A stretch of DNA of 64,000 bases from Oscillibacter sp. (lineage in GTDB: Bacteria; Bacillota; Clostridia; Oscillospirales; Oscillospiraceae): the NCBI GenBank assembly GCA_014799925.1, contig JAAVHC010000001.1, forward strand, positions 30,998-94,997, written 5' to 3'. The position numbers were made by a program, and so were the translations under genes. Below are positions 1-9,460 of this stretch, one piece after another. Within the stretch, counting starts at the first letter, position 1. Every line of letters begins with the position of its first letter. The notes beneath the pieces are model-generated. The model had not been told where the DNA came from. It did no database searches and was given only the letters and a program-made list of their open reading frames with translations.

Positions 1-112
1 TGATACTTGCGGGCGGGAACCATCCGTCCCCGGACTGCGTCTATACCGAATGAAACCGTTGTCTGTTCGAGCAAACGATGCATGACCATATATGGATGAG
101 GAGGAGCCGATT

Positions 113-2653
113 ATGAAACGACCTGAAAAAAGAAGGGCGGCCCTGCTGGCGGCGGCGTGCCTGCTGCTGGGCTTGCTGGCGGGCTGCGGAAAGAAGAACG
201 ACGCCCAGCAGCTCTCCGCCAACGTTTATGTACCCCGATACCTGGATCTGGACCTGGATCTGGACTATGTCCGGAGCGGATGCACCGACGGGGAGAATCT
301 TTACATCATAGGTCAGACCGGCCGGGAGACCACGGAGACCGACCCCATCTCCGGGGAGACCTATACCAACTGGACCTATTCCTATGACATCTACCGGATT
401 TCCCTGGACAAAGGGGAGGCGGAGAAGCTGCCCGGCTATGAGGGCCCGTCCATCCCCGAGGGGAGGAGCGGCGACGCTTACATAGAGGATATCAGCATCG
501 CCGCGGATGGCACCCTCTGGGTCAAGGAAGTGACCTACATCTGGGGATACTCGGATATCAAGTATCCGGAGCTGGACGGGGATTTTGGAGTGGACTGGGC
601 GGAGCCGGCGGAGGCTGAGGCGGACGATGACGGCGGCGCGGAGGCCCTTGACGAAGCGGCGGATATGGACATTGTCGTGGAGGAACCCGTCTATTATGAG
701 AACGAGGAGATCGTTGTCCGCCGTCATCTGGACGCCCAGGGAAACGAGCTGGAGCAGATGGACCTCTCCGGTCTGGAGGAGGCTCTGGCGGACGTGCTGG
801 AGGACGCTTACATCCGCAGTACCGTCTTTGACAGGGACGGCAACCTCTACGCGATGACCGGCGACAAAATTTATGTCCTGGATTCCCAGCTGAACGTGAA
901 ATTCGCCGTGGAGGGGCAGGACATGTGGTATGACCTGATCCAGCTCGGCGACGGCACCATGGGGATGCGGCAGTGGGAATACGACGAAGCGTCCGAGACC
1001 AGCATCAACAAGCTGCGGACCATCGACCCGGAGAAGCAGGACTGGGGGACGGAATACCTGCTGCCCACCAATGTATACAGCTTCTATCCCGGCGGCGGGG
1101 AATACCTCTTCTACTATCAGGTCAACGACTCCGTCATGGGCTTTAAGGCCGGAGAGCCGGACGGGGACGGCGCCGGCACGGGGGAGGGGGAGCGTCTCTT
1201 CTCCTGGGTGGAGGCGGATATCAACCGGGACAATATGCGCTCCTTCTTCTTCCTGCCCGACGGCCGGATCGCGGCCATTCTCCAGGAGTGGGACGAAAAC
1301 TATGAGAAGTCGCAGAACAGCGTGGTTGTCCTGACCTCCACCCCCAGAGACCAGCTGCCGGAAAAGACCACGCTGGTCTACGCCACCCTGTACCTGAACT
1401 ATGGGGCCCGGAATCAGATCATTGATTTCAATAAAAAGAGCGACAGCTACCGCATCGAGGTCAGGGATTACGCGGAATACGATACGGACAGCACCGGCAG
1501 CGCGGCGCTGCAAAAGCTGAATACCGAGATCCTGGCCGGTTCGGTGCCGGACATTCTGGACACCACCAGCCTGCCCATCCGGCAGTACGGCGCCAGGGGC
1601 ATTCTGGAGGACCTGTGGCCCTTCATCGAGAAGGACCCGGATCTGGGCCGGGACGCGCTGATGACCCGTCCGCTGGAGGCCAACGAGCAGGACGGCAAGC
1701 TCTATGAGATTTTCAGCAACTTCTCCATCCGGTCGGTGGCCGGTCCCGCCGGGGCGGTGGGCGACCGGATGAGCTGGACCCTGGCGGACCTCCGGGCGGC
1801 CCTGGAGCAGATGCCGGAGGGGTGCTCCATTTTCGGCGTCAGCAGTACCCGTGACTATATGCTCAACACGATTCTGGCGCAGAATATGGACCAGTTTGTG
1901 GACTGGAGCACCGGCAAATGCTCCTTTGACAGCGACGAATTCAAGGCGCTGCTGTCCTTCTGCGCTGAGTTCCCCGCCGAATTCAGCTGGGAGAACGTGG
2001 ACTGGGACGAGTGGGAGGATGAGGAGGCCCGCATCCTTCGCGGCAAGCAGATGCTGATGGAAACCTATGTCAGCGGGCTGGACTGGACGATCCAGTACCT
2101 CGCCGCCATTTTCAGGAACGACTATTCCTTCATCGGCTTCCCCAAGGAGGATGGGAGCGTGGGCAGCAGCTTCACATACTCGCGGGGCATAGCCATGACC
2201 TCCTCCTGCAGGGACAAGGAGGGCGCGTGGTCCTTCCTCCGCCAGACGTTGCTTCCACAGACCGAGGGCGGGGAGCGGTATTACGGCAGCTTCCCCATCA
2301 ATAAGTACGATTTTGACAAGCTGGTGGACCAGGCGCTGAACCCGCCTGAGTATGAGCTGGACAGCGAGGGCAACCCCTACCTGGACGAGGAGGGCAACCC
2401 CATTCCCGTGGAGTACGGCAGCTTCTGGATTGACGACGGGACCGAGATTCCTCTCTCCGCGCCCACGAAGGAGGATGTCGACAAGGTGCTGGCGCTGTAC
2501 GAGGCCGTGAGCGCCATCAACCGCTATGATGAGAAGATTTATAATTCCGTCCAGGAGGTGGCGGGCCAGTTCTTTGCCGGCGACAAGCCTCTGGACGACG
2601 CGGCCAAGCTGATTCAGAGCAAGGTGTCCCTGTACGTCAACGAGAGCCGGTAA
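113..2653 (+). CDS. Large (~846 aa) lipoprotein: beta-propeller-like N-terminal half fused to a family-1-type extracellular solute-binding domain (paralog 1 of 3)
   Basis: ORF 92..2653. The ATG at 113 lies 6 nt after GAGGAGGAG. Signal peptide with lipobox LLAGC. The C-terminal half carries SBP-like motifs (EILAGSVPDILD, ILEDLWPF). 46 of 74 residues are identical to the next gene over one hand-aligned stretch. Confidence 0.8.
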   Translation: MKRPEKRRAALLAAACLLLGLLAGCGKKNDAQQLSANVYVPRYLDLDLDLDYVRSGCTDGENLYIIGQTGRETTETDPISGETYTNWTYSYDIYRISLDKGEAEKLPGYEGPSIPEGRSGDAYIEDISIAADGTLWVKEVTYIWGYSDIKYPELDGDFGVDWAEPAEAEADDDGGAEALDEAADMDIVVEEPVYYENEEIVVRRHLDAQGNELEQMDLSGLEEALADVLEDAYIRSTVFDRDGNLYAMTGDKIYVLDSQLNVKFAVEGQDMWYDLIQLGDGTMGMRQWEYDEASETSINKLRTIDPEKQDWGTEYLLPTNVYSFYPGGGEYLFYYQVNDSVMGFKAGEPDGDGAGTGEGERLFSWVEADINRDNMRSFFFLPDGRIAAILQEWDENYEKSQNSVVVLTSTPRDQLPEKTTLVYATLYLNYGARNQIIDFNKKSDSYRIEVRDYAEYDTDSTGSAALQKLNTEILAGSVPDILDTTSLPIRQYGARGILEDLWPFIEKDPDLGRDALMTRPLEANEQDGKLYEIFSNFSIRSVAGPAGAVGDRMSWTLADLRAALEQMPEGCSIFGVSSTRDYMLNTILAQNMDQFVDWSTGKCSFDSDEFKALLSFCAEFPAEFSWENVDWDEWEDEEARILRGKQMLMETYVSGLDWTIQYLAAIFRNDYSFIGFPKEDGSVGSSFTYSRGIAMTSSCRDKEGAWSFLRQTLLPQTEGGERYYGSFPINKYDFDKLVDQALNPPEYELDSEGNPYLDEEGNPIPVEYGSFWIDDGTEIPLSAPTKEDVDKVLALYEAVSAINRYDEKIYNSVQEVAGQFFAGDKPLDDAAKLIQSKVSLYVNESR

Positions 2654-2770
2654 CGGTGACCGCCCGGTACATTTCCAAAATATAACAAATTAGATGGCGG
2701 TAGGATGCAAAAATGATACATGTGGGTGATAGAGTACGGACAGCTTCAATGGATAAGGAGGAACCATCCG

Positions 2771-5320
2771 ATGGATAGAACAAAAAAACGGGTCGCGGCG
2801 CTGCTGCTGGCCCTGAGTATGCTGCTGGCTCTGAGCGCCTGCGGAAAGAGCCAGGACAAGGACGGCGCGCAGCTTTCCGGCACGGTGTATGTGCCTCAGT
2901 TTATGGACCTGAACCTGGACGTGGGGAAGCAGTATGACATTGACGGCGGATGTACGGACGGGACAAATGTCTACCTGCTGGTGGACATATACCCCGACTG
3001 GGAAAACGGGGAGGTGGGGGATGCCCGCTGCGCCATCATCCGCATCCCCCTGGATGGCGGAGAGCCGGAGGAGCTGGAGAATTTCCAGCCCGCCGCGGCC
3101 CCGGAGGGCTACAGCGAATCCAGCGTCTATTGCAGAGGCCTCCGTGCCGGCGCGGACGGGTCATTGTGGGTGGAAGAGAGCATATACGCCTATTCCTATA
3201 ACCTGCCGGAAGATTTTGACCCGGAGACGGACTATGCCTCGAACTATGAATTGCTGGACAGAGTCAACCTGGAGTATCAGGTCCAGCTGGATTCCACCGG
3301 CAGTGAAATCACCAGCATAGACGTCAGTAACCTGCGGGAAAAGGCGGAGGTGGAGTATCTTTACTCCGACGGGGTCCTGATTGACAGGGAAGGGGACTTG
3401 TTTGTCAGCAGCGACGGTAAGATCGTGGTGCTGGATTCCTCCATGAACATCCGTTTCACGGTGGAGGACGAGAGCCTGTGGGGCGACAGCCTGGTGCTGC
3501 TGTCGGACGGCAATGTGGGGGCCCTGGTGACGGTCAGAGATCCCGCCAACAACACTTACTCCCGCCAGGTGCGCGCCGTTGACAAGTCCGCCCGGAAGTG
3601 GGGAGAGTCCTATGAGATGCCTCAGAACGCCTATGAGATCTATTCCGGCGGCGGGGACTATCTGTTCTACTATAAGATCGGTGAGACCCTGTACGGCTTC
3701 AAGGCCGACGTGGAAGAGGGGGCCGACCCCGGCGAGCGGCTGCTGAGCTGGCTGGAGGCTGACATCGACTCGGACACCATCGTATTTTTCTCCTTCCTCG
3801 CCGATGGCCGTGTGGCGGTCATGACCCGCTCCTGGCGCGGCAACGGCGGTCCGGAGGTCAACCTGGCCACTCTGACCGCGATGGACCGTTCAGAGCTGCC
3901 GGAGAAGGTGACCCTGACTTACGCCACCATGAACCTGGGTCAGGATGAGCGCCTGCGGATCCTGAATTTCAATAAGAACAGCACGACCCACCGCATCGAG
4001 GTGACGGATTACTCCGAGTATGCCACGGAGGAGGACTACATGGCCGGCATCACCAAGCTGAACGCCGAGATCCTGGCCGGCACGGTGCCCGATATGATGA
4101 ATGTCGACAATCTGCCTATCCGGCAGTATGGAGCCAAGGGGATACTGGAGGACCTGTGGCCCTTCATTGACGGCGACGCGGAAATTGGCCGGGAAAAACT
4201 GATGGACCGGGTGTTTACCGCTGCGGAGCAGGATGGAAAGCTGTATCAGGTGTTCAACAGCTTCTCTATCCAGACCATCATCGGCGCCACCGATGTGGTG
4301 GGCGAGGATATGGGCTGGACCATAGCGGAGTTCCGGGAGGCGCTGGCCTCCATGCCGGAGGGCTGCACCGTCTTCGGCGAGGACAGTACCAAAAGCGAAA
4401 TGCTCACGGCCCTGCTCAGCCAGAATCTGGGCAGCTTTGTGAACTGGGAGACCGGGAAGTGCAGCTTTGACAGCGACAGCTTCAAGTCTGTCCTTGCCTT
4501 CTGCGACACCTTCCCCATGGACTTCGATTATACCAACTACGAGTACAGCGACAGCAACAGCGTACCCGCCCGCATTGCCGACGGCCGGCAGATGCTGAAC
4601 CAGACCTCACTGTACGATTTCCGGAGCATCCAGATGCACGAGGCCATGTTCGGCGGCACGGATGCCCTCCAGCATCTCTATCTGAACGAAAGCTATGGCC
4701 CCGACGGATATACGGTGGAGGTCTCGGAGGTGCCCGTGGTGAACGAATGGGGCGGCACCAATGAGTCCAACCGCCTGATTCCAGGCCGCTACATAACCTT
4801 CAAGGGCTATCCCATGGAGGACGGCGGCTGCGGCAGCGCGTTCAATATCGGCGACGGCGTGGCCATGTCCAGCGTCTGCAAGGATAAGGAGGCCGCCTGG
4901 TCCTTCATGCGCCAGCTTCTTCTGCCGATGTCGGATGATTCCTCCTCCTATTACTACTGGGGCTTCCCCGTCAACAGGGAGGATTTTGAGAAGCAGGCCC
5001 AGGAGGCGATGAAGGTGGAGTACCTCACCGACAGCGAGGGCAACCAGGTGCTGGACCTGGACGGCAACCCCATTCAGCGGAGTAAAGGCGGCTGGGGCTG
5101 GGGCACGCTGGATATTGACACCCAGGCCACCACCCAGAACGAGTATGAGCAGATTCTGGAGCTGTACAACGCCGTTGATTCTGTCTACAGCTACGATACG
5201 AAGATTTTTGAGATTGTCACGGAGGTGGCGGGCAGCTACTTTGCCGGCGACAAGCCTCTGGACGACGCGGCCAGTCTGATTCAGAACAAGGTAAATACCT
5301 ATGTCAATGAAAACCGTTAA
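2771..5320 (+). CDS. Large (~849 aa) lipoprotein: beta-propeller-like N-terminal half fused to a solute-binding domain (paralog 2 of 3)
   Basis: ORF 2720..5320. The ATG at 2771 is preceded by AAGGAGGA. Lipobox LSAC. Same architecture and same C-terminal signature (YFAGDKPLDDAASLIQNKVNTYVNENR) as the upstream gene. Confidence 0.8.
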   Translation: MDRTKKRVAALLLALSMLLALSACGKSQDKDGAQLSGTVYVPQFMDLNLDVGKQYDIDGGCTDGTNVYLLVDIYPDWENGEVGDARCAIIRIPLDGGEPEELENFQPAAAPEGYSESSVYCRGLRAGADGSLWVEESIYAYSYNLPEDFDPETDYASNYELLDRVNLEYQVQLDSTGSEITSIDVSNLREKAEVEYLYSDGVLIDREGDLFVSSDGKIVVLDSSMNIRFTVEDESLWGDSLVLLSDGNVGALVTVRDPANNTYSRQVRAVDKSARKWGESYEMPQNAYEIYSGGGDYLFYYKIGETLYGFKADVEEGADPGERLLSWLEADIDSDTIVFFSFLADGRVAVMTRSWRGNGGPEVNLATLTAMDRSELPEKVTLTYATMNLGQDERLRILNFNKNSTTHRIEVTDYSEYATEEDYMAGITKLNAEILAGTVPDMMNVDNLPIRQYGAKGILEDLWPFIDGDAEIGREKLMDRVFTAAEQDGKLYQVFNSFSIQTIIGATDVVGEDMGWTIAEFREALASMPEGCTVFGEDSTKSEMLTALLSQNLGSFVNWETGKCSFDSDSFKSVLAFCDTFPMDFDYTNYEYSDSNSVPARIADGRQMLNQTSLYDFRSIQMHEAMFGGTDALQHLYLNESYGPDGYTVEVSEVPVVNEWGGTNESNRLIPGRYITFKGYPMEDGGCGSAFNIGDGVAMSSVCKDKEAAWSFMRQLLLPMSDDSSSYYYWGFPVNREDFEKQAQEAMKVEYLTDSEGNQVLDLDGNPIQRSKGGWGWGTLDIDTQATTQNEYEQILELYNAVDSVYSYDTKIFEIVTEVAGSYFAGDKPLDDAASLIQNKVNTYVNENR

Positions 5321-6260
5321 GGAAAAGAAAATCAGGAAGTCCAGGCCTCCCAGAGCGAAAAAGGCCGGGAAGGTCCGGAGGGCATGGAACCGGGGCAACG
5401 ACCATATCCGGGACGTTATGCACTCCGTGGCCTTCCTGACCCCCAGCGTAACGGGTGTGGCGGTGTTTTTCATCCTGCCGTTTCTGGTGGTGGTGTATTA
5501 CTCCGTCATCCGCTCGCCCATGAATCCGGAATTCGTGTTTCTGGATAATTTCATCGCGGTCCTGAAAAACTCCTCCTTCCGCACCGCCGCCAAAAACACC
5601 GCTATGTTCTCAGCCATAGCGGTGCCTTTGGCCGTTGTGCTCAGTCTGGTCCTGGCGCTGATGCTGGAGTGCCGCATCCCCTGCAAAAGCCTGCTGCGCA
5701 CCTTTTTCCTCAGTCCCATGATGGTGCCGGTGGCGTCGGTGGTGCTGATCTGGCAGGTGGTGTTCCACTACCGGGGGACGCTGAACGTCGTCCTGGCCAA
5801 CTTTGGCGTGGACCCGGTGGACTGGATCAACAGCTCCGGCTGCCTGATGGTGATCGTGGTGCTGTTTTTGTGGAAGAACCTGGGATACAACATGATCCTT
5901 TTTATGGCGGCGCTGAACAATATCCCCAAGGAGCTGCTGGAGGTGGCGGACGTAGAGGGAGCGTCGGCGGCCCACAAGTTTTTCAACATCAAGCTCCGCT
6001 ATCTGTCCCCCACGGTGCTGTTCGTGGCGATTCTCTCCATTATCAATTCCTTCAAGGTATTCCGGGAGATCTACCTGCTGACGGGGGACTATCCCTTTGA
6101 CGGACTGTACATGATGCAGCACTTCATGAACAATACCTTCAACAACCTGGATTATCAGAAGATGTCCTCGGCGGCGGTGCTGATGGCGCTGGTGATGGTG
6201 GCGCTGATCGCGCTTCTGTTCAAGGTGGAGGATATCTTCGGAAAGGATGTGGAGGGGTGA
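5301..6260 (+). CDS. ABC importer permease, MalF/UgpA/LplB-like (binding-protein-dependent type)
   Basis: Multi-TM protein with an EAA-type loop (LLEVADVEGASAAHKFFNIKLRYLSP). Overlaps the stop of the preceding SBP gene. Confidence 0.85.
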   Translation: MSMKTVKEKKIRKSRPPRAKKAGKVRRAWNRGNDHIRDVMHSVAFLTPSVTGVAVFFILPFLVVVYYSVIRSPMNPEFVFLDNFIAVLKNSSFRTAAKNTAMFSAIAVPLAVVLSLVLALMLECRIPCKSLLRTFFLSPMMVPVASVVLIWQVVFHYRGTLNVVLANFGVDPVDWINSSGCLMVIVVLFLWKNLGYNMILFMAALNNIPKELLEVADVEGASAAHKFFNIKLRYLSPTVLFVAILSIINSFKVFREIYLLTGDYPFDGLYMMQHFMNNTFNNLDYQKMSSAAVLMALVMVALIALLFKVEDIFGKDVEG

Positions 6261-7144
6261 GGAAGAAACACTACTTCGGGCGCTTCGCCCTGACGGTGCT
6301 GGCGGTATTTTTCGCGCTGTGGTTCCTGCTGCCCACGGTGCTGACCATCACCAACTCCTTCATGACCCAGTCGGAGATCAGCTCCAACTACGGCAAGGTT
6401 TTTGCCAACGTCTCCGGCAGCGACGGCAAGGCGTATATCGCCGACACCGTCAACCTGAAATTCATTCCGGACAAGGTGACGTTCAACCAGTATATTTCCG
6501 TGCTGATCCGCAGCCCGGAGTATCTGCTGAAATTCTGGAACTCGGTGATCCTGGTGGTTCCCATCGTGCTGCTGCAGCTGGTGGTGGCCTCCATCACGGC
6601 CTACGGCTTCACCCGGTGGCGGGGGAAGGTGAGGTCCTTCCTGTTTTTCTTCTATGTGATATTGATGCTGATGCCCACACAGGTGACTCTGGTGCCCAAT
6701 TATCTGGTCAGCGACTGGGTGGGGATCCTGAACACCCGGTGGTCCATTATCCTGCCGGGAACCTTCGCGCCGTTCTCGGTATTCCTGCTGACCAAGTCCA
6801 TGCGCCGCATTCCCGCCTCGCTGATTGAGGCGGCGAAGCTGGACGGTTCCAGCGAGTGGCAGATTTTCAAGGACATCTGTCTGCCCCAGTGCCGCAGCGC
6901 CCTGTACTCGATCGCCATTCTGGTGTTCATTGATTACTGGAACATGGTGGAGCAGCCCATCGTCCTGCTGCCCAACGCGGATTTGCAGCCGCTGAGCGTC
7001 TATCTGTCCACCATCAATTCCAGGGAGGTCGGTCTGGCCTTCGCTATCGCCACCATTTATATGGTGCCTTCCCTGCTGCTGTTCCTCCACGGGGAGGACT
7101 ATCTGGTGGAGGGGATTGCCCACCAGGGGTCGGTAAAGGGATGA
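6257..7144 (+). CDS. ABC importer permease, MalG/UgpE/LplC-like
   Basis: GTG start overlapping the upstream TGA (GTGA). EAA-type loop LIEAAKLDGSSEWQIFKDICLP. Six predicted TM segments. Confidence 0.85.
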   Translation: MRKKHYFGRFALTVLAVFFALWFLLPTVLTITNSFMTQSEISSNYGKVFANVSGSDGKAYIADTVNLKFIPDKVTFNQYISVLIRSPEYLLKFWNSVILVVPIVLLQLVVASITAYGFTRWRGKVRSFLFFFYVILMLMPTQVTLVPNYLVSDWVGILNTRWSIILPGTFAPFSVFLLTKSMRRIPASLIEAAKLDGSSEWQIFKDICLPQCRSALYSIAILVFIDYWNMVEQPIVLLPNADLQPLSVYLSTINSREVGLAFAIATIYMVPSLLLFLHGEDYLVEGIAHQGSVKG

Positions 7145-7212
7145 GGCGGCCGGCGGCGGCCCGGGCAATTATTGGCCGGCAGGTCCAATGGCGCGGGCCT
7201 CTGCGGCCAGGC

Positions 7213-7296
7213 ATTGCTTCCGAATTGAGCTTGGAAGTAATATTGCCATGTTTTGCGGCTGCCGCCCCCGGCGGCGGGCAAAACGGCTCAAATCAA
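7213..7296 (+). repeat. Two-hairpin interspersed repeat, family 1, copy 1
   Basis: ATTGCTTCCGA..TTGGAAGTAAT hairpin, then GTTTTGCGGC..(GC-rich sub-hairpin)..GCAAAACGGCT. Near-identical modules occur at 22146..22236 and 57139..57207. Confidence 0.8.
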
Positions 7297-7357
7297 GCTT
7301 CATTATCCCTGCGGCTTTACACAGGAATAATGAAATCCTCCTGAAAGGAAAAAGATT

Positions 7358-9460
7358 ATGGAAGTAAAAGAAAAGTCCAAGAAAAGGGAATTGATCAAGA
7401 CCATCGCCATCGTTTTTCTGGCGGTGCTGCTGGTGCTGACCTTTTTTTCCGGGACCATTATGAATTACTCCCTGCCCGAGGTGGCCACCCAGCTGGTTTC
7501 CTCCGGCACCATCAACGCCAAGATCCGCGGCAGCGGTACTGTGGCCGCCAACGAGAGCTATGAGGTTGTTATCCAGCAGACCCGCGAGATTCGCTCCGTG
7601 TGCCTGGGGGTGGGCCAGGAGGTTCAGGCGGGCGATTTGCTGTTCGTGTTGGGCGACATTGAGAGCCAGGAGCTTCGCAGTGCGCAGGAGGCCCTGGCGA
7701 ACGCGAAAATGGCCTACGAGAGGCGGAGACTGGAGCTGGCCAAGAGCTATGAGTCCGACGACCAGAATCTGAAAATCATCCGGGAGGATCTGGAGGAGGT
7801 CTACGCCAGGCGGGACGCCAACTATGTCACGGACGAGGAGGTGTCCTACGCCAAGGGCGACCTGGCTGCCGCGAAGAGCGAGCTGGACCGTCTTCAGTTT
7901 GAGCTGAAGGAGCTGAACGCCCTCCAGTCCGACAGCGAGGAATACGCCAACGCCAAGGCGAAGGTGACGGAGCTGGAGAGCAGGATCAAGAGCCTGGATG
8001 CCGCGATTGAGGAGTATGAGGCACAGCTGGAGAAGCTGGAGAGCGGGGAAGACGTAGCTGCGAGCCGGAGAATTGAGGACGCGGAAGCGGCGTTGAGCAA
8101 AGCGGAAAATGAGCAAAGAAGCAGCTGGATGGCGTATATAGATGATTTAAATGCATTGATTCGGAGAATGAATACCAATAATGGCGATGGCCTGTCCCAT
8201 TATATTGGCAGGGTCAGGGAAATCACGACGTCATCCCCGTCAGAGATTGACGCAAGCGACCAGATGTATATTGAGGCATATTTGACGGAATGGGAAAAAA
8301 ATAATCAGATTGCGTCCGGAGAAGACAAGGACGGCAATCCGATTTACAGTACGGACGCGACCTATCTTACATGTAAAACGGCATACAATGTTTTAATCAA
8401 AGCACAGGAAGATGTCGAGGAAAAAGCAGCGGCTCTGGATCGTCTTGTGAAAGACCAGAACATCTCCTCTGGCGATGCTCGCCAGCAGCGCCAGGCCATT
8501 CAGAACAAGCTGGACGAGGCCGAGTTTAACCGCAGGGGCGTCCAGTGGGACCTGAGCGTCGCTCAGACGGAGCTGGAGGCCGCCTCCAACGCCGACGACC
8601 AGTTGAAGCAGCTGATCCGCAGCAACGAGGCCAACCAGCGGCAGAAGGAGGCGGAGATCAGCACGCTTCAGGATAACCTGACCACGCTCCAGGAGAAGCA
8701 GACCATCTATAAGACGGCTGTGGAGACCGCCGGCGCAAAGGAACGGGAGCTGGAGCAGGCCCTGTCCGGCAAGAACATTGACAAGCAGCTCAACAACCTG
8801 GACCTCCAGTCCATGAGCATGGACATTCAGAAATACCAGGAGCAGGTGGATAAATATACCAAGGACTCCGTGGACACGGAGATCACATCCCCCGTCACCG
8901 GCGTGATCACCGCGATCAACGTCACCGCCGGCAAGGAGACCACGCCGGGTCAGGCCATGGCCGTGATCGACGTGGTGGACCGGGGCTATACCATCAAGGT
9001 CTCCGTCACCAATGAGCAGGCCAAACAGGTCAAGGTGGGCGACACTGCCGAGGTGACCAACTACTATTGGGGCAGCAGCGTTGCCGCAACCCTGGAGCAG
9101 ATCGTTTCCGATCCCTCCAGCATGGGCCAGAAAAAGACGCTGGTCTTCCGGCTCACCGGGGATGTCTCGGCGGGGGATAACCTTTCCCTCTCCATCGGCC
9201 AGCGCAGCGCCAACTTTGACACCATTGTGCCGAAAAGCGCTCTGCGGGAGGATGCCAACGGGAAGTTTGTCCTGGTGGTCACCAGTAAGAACACCCCCCT
9301 GGGCAACCGGTACACGGCGACCCGCGCCGACGTGCAGGTGCTGGCGGAGGACGATACCAGCGCCGCCGTTTCCGGCCTCGCGGCCAATGATTACGTGATT
9401 ACCACCGCCAGCAAGCCGATTTCTCCCGGCAGCCAGGTGAGGATGGTGGAGAACCCCTAG
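7358..9460 (+). CDS. HlyD/MFP-family periplasmic-adaptor-like protein with N-terminal TM anchor and unusually long coiled coil (700 aa)
   Basis: N-terminal TM. Split lipoyl/barrel-sandwich motifs (GTINAKIRGSGTV...GDLLFVL and ITSPVTGVITAINVTAGKETTPGQAMAVI). Beta-barrel C-terminus. About 400 aa of heptad-like E/K/A/L/Q-rich sequence lies between them. RBS GAAAGGAAAAAG. Confidence 0.75.
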   Translation: MEVKEKSKKRELIKTIAIVFLAVLLVLTFFSGTIMNYSLPEVATQLVSSGTINAKIRGSGTVAANESYEVVIQQTREIRSVCLGVGQEVQAGDLLFVLGDIESQELRSAQEALANAKMAYERRRLELAKSYESDDQNLKIIREDLEEVYARRDANYVTDEEVSYAKGDLAAAKSELDRLQFELKELNALQSDSEEYANAKAKVTELESRIKSLDAAIEEYEAQLEKLESGEDVAASRRIEDAEAALSKAENEQRSSWMAYIDDLNALIRRMNTNNGDGLSHYIGRVREITTSSPSEIDASDQMYIEAYLTEWEKNNQIASGEDKDGNPIYSTDATYLTCKTAYNVLIKAQEDVEEKAAALDRLVKDQNISSGDARQQRQAIQNKLDEAEFNRRGVQWDLSVAQTELEAASNADDQLKQLIRSNEANQRQKEAEISTLQDNLTTLQEKQTIYKTAVETAGAKERELEQALSGKNIDKQLNNLDLQSMSMDIQKYQEQVDKYTKDSVDTEITSPVTGVITAINVTAGKETTPGQAMAVIDVVDRGYTIKVSVTNEQAKQVKVGDTAEVTNYYWGSSVAATLEQIVSDPSSMGQKKTLVFRLTGDVSAGDNLSLSIGQRSANFDTIVPKSALREDANGKFVLVVTSKNTPLGNRYTATRADVQVLAEDDTSAAVSGLAANDYVITTASKPISPGSQVRMVENP

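Noticed and set aside
238-266. A short tandem hexamer run (CTGGAT/CTGGAC repeated) near the 5-prime end of the first lipoprotein gene.
   Set aside because: It is in frame and simply encodes LDLDLDLD within the mature N-terminus. It is too short to treat as a variable-number repeat without population data.
41-1513. Other long antisense ORFs in the track: 41..1513, 8393..10594, 14092..15681, 22363..24015, 30001..32574, 44739..46934, 55679..56509, 57275..58870, 59273..61408, and many shorter ones.
   Set aside because: Each is antisense or out of frame to a gene with clear family motifs (SBP, HlyD-like, MATE, PatB, ValS, EF-G, kinase, flippase, SBP). All have the Arg/Gly/Pro/His/Gln-rich composition typical of GC-rich shadow frames. 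None has a convincing ribosome-binding site.
7141-7344. Short ORFs translated across the family 1 repeats (7141..7344 and 22018..22239) giving similar peptides.
   Set aside because: The similarity comes from the nucleotide repeat itself. The reading frames are not preserved across the three copies. There is no ribosome-binding site. The sequence is dominated by hairpins.
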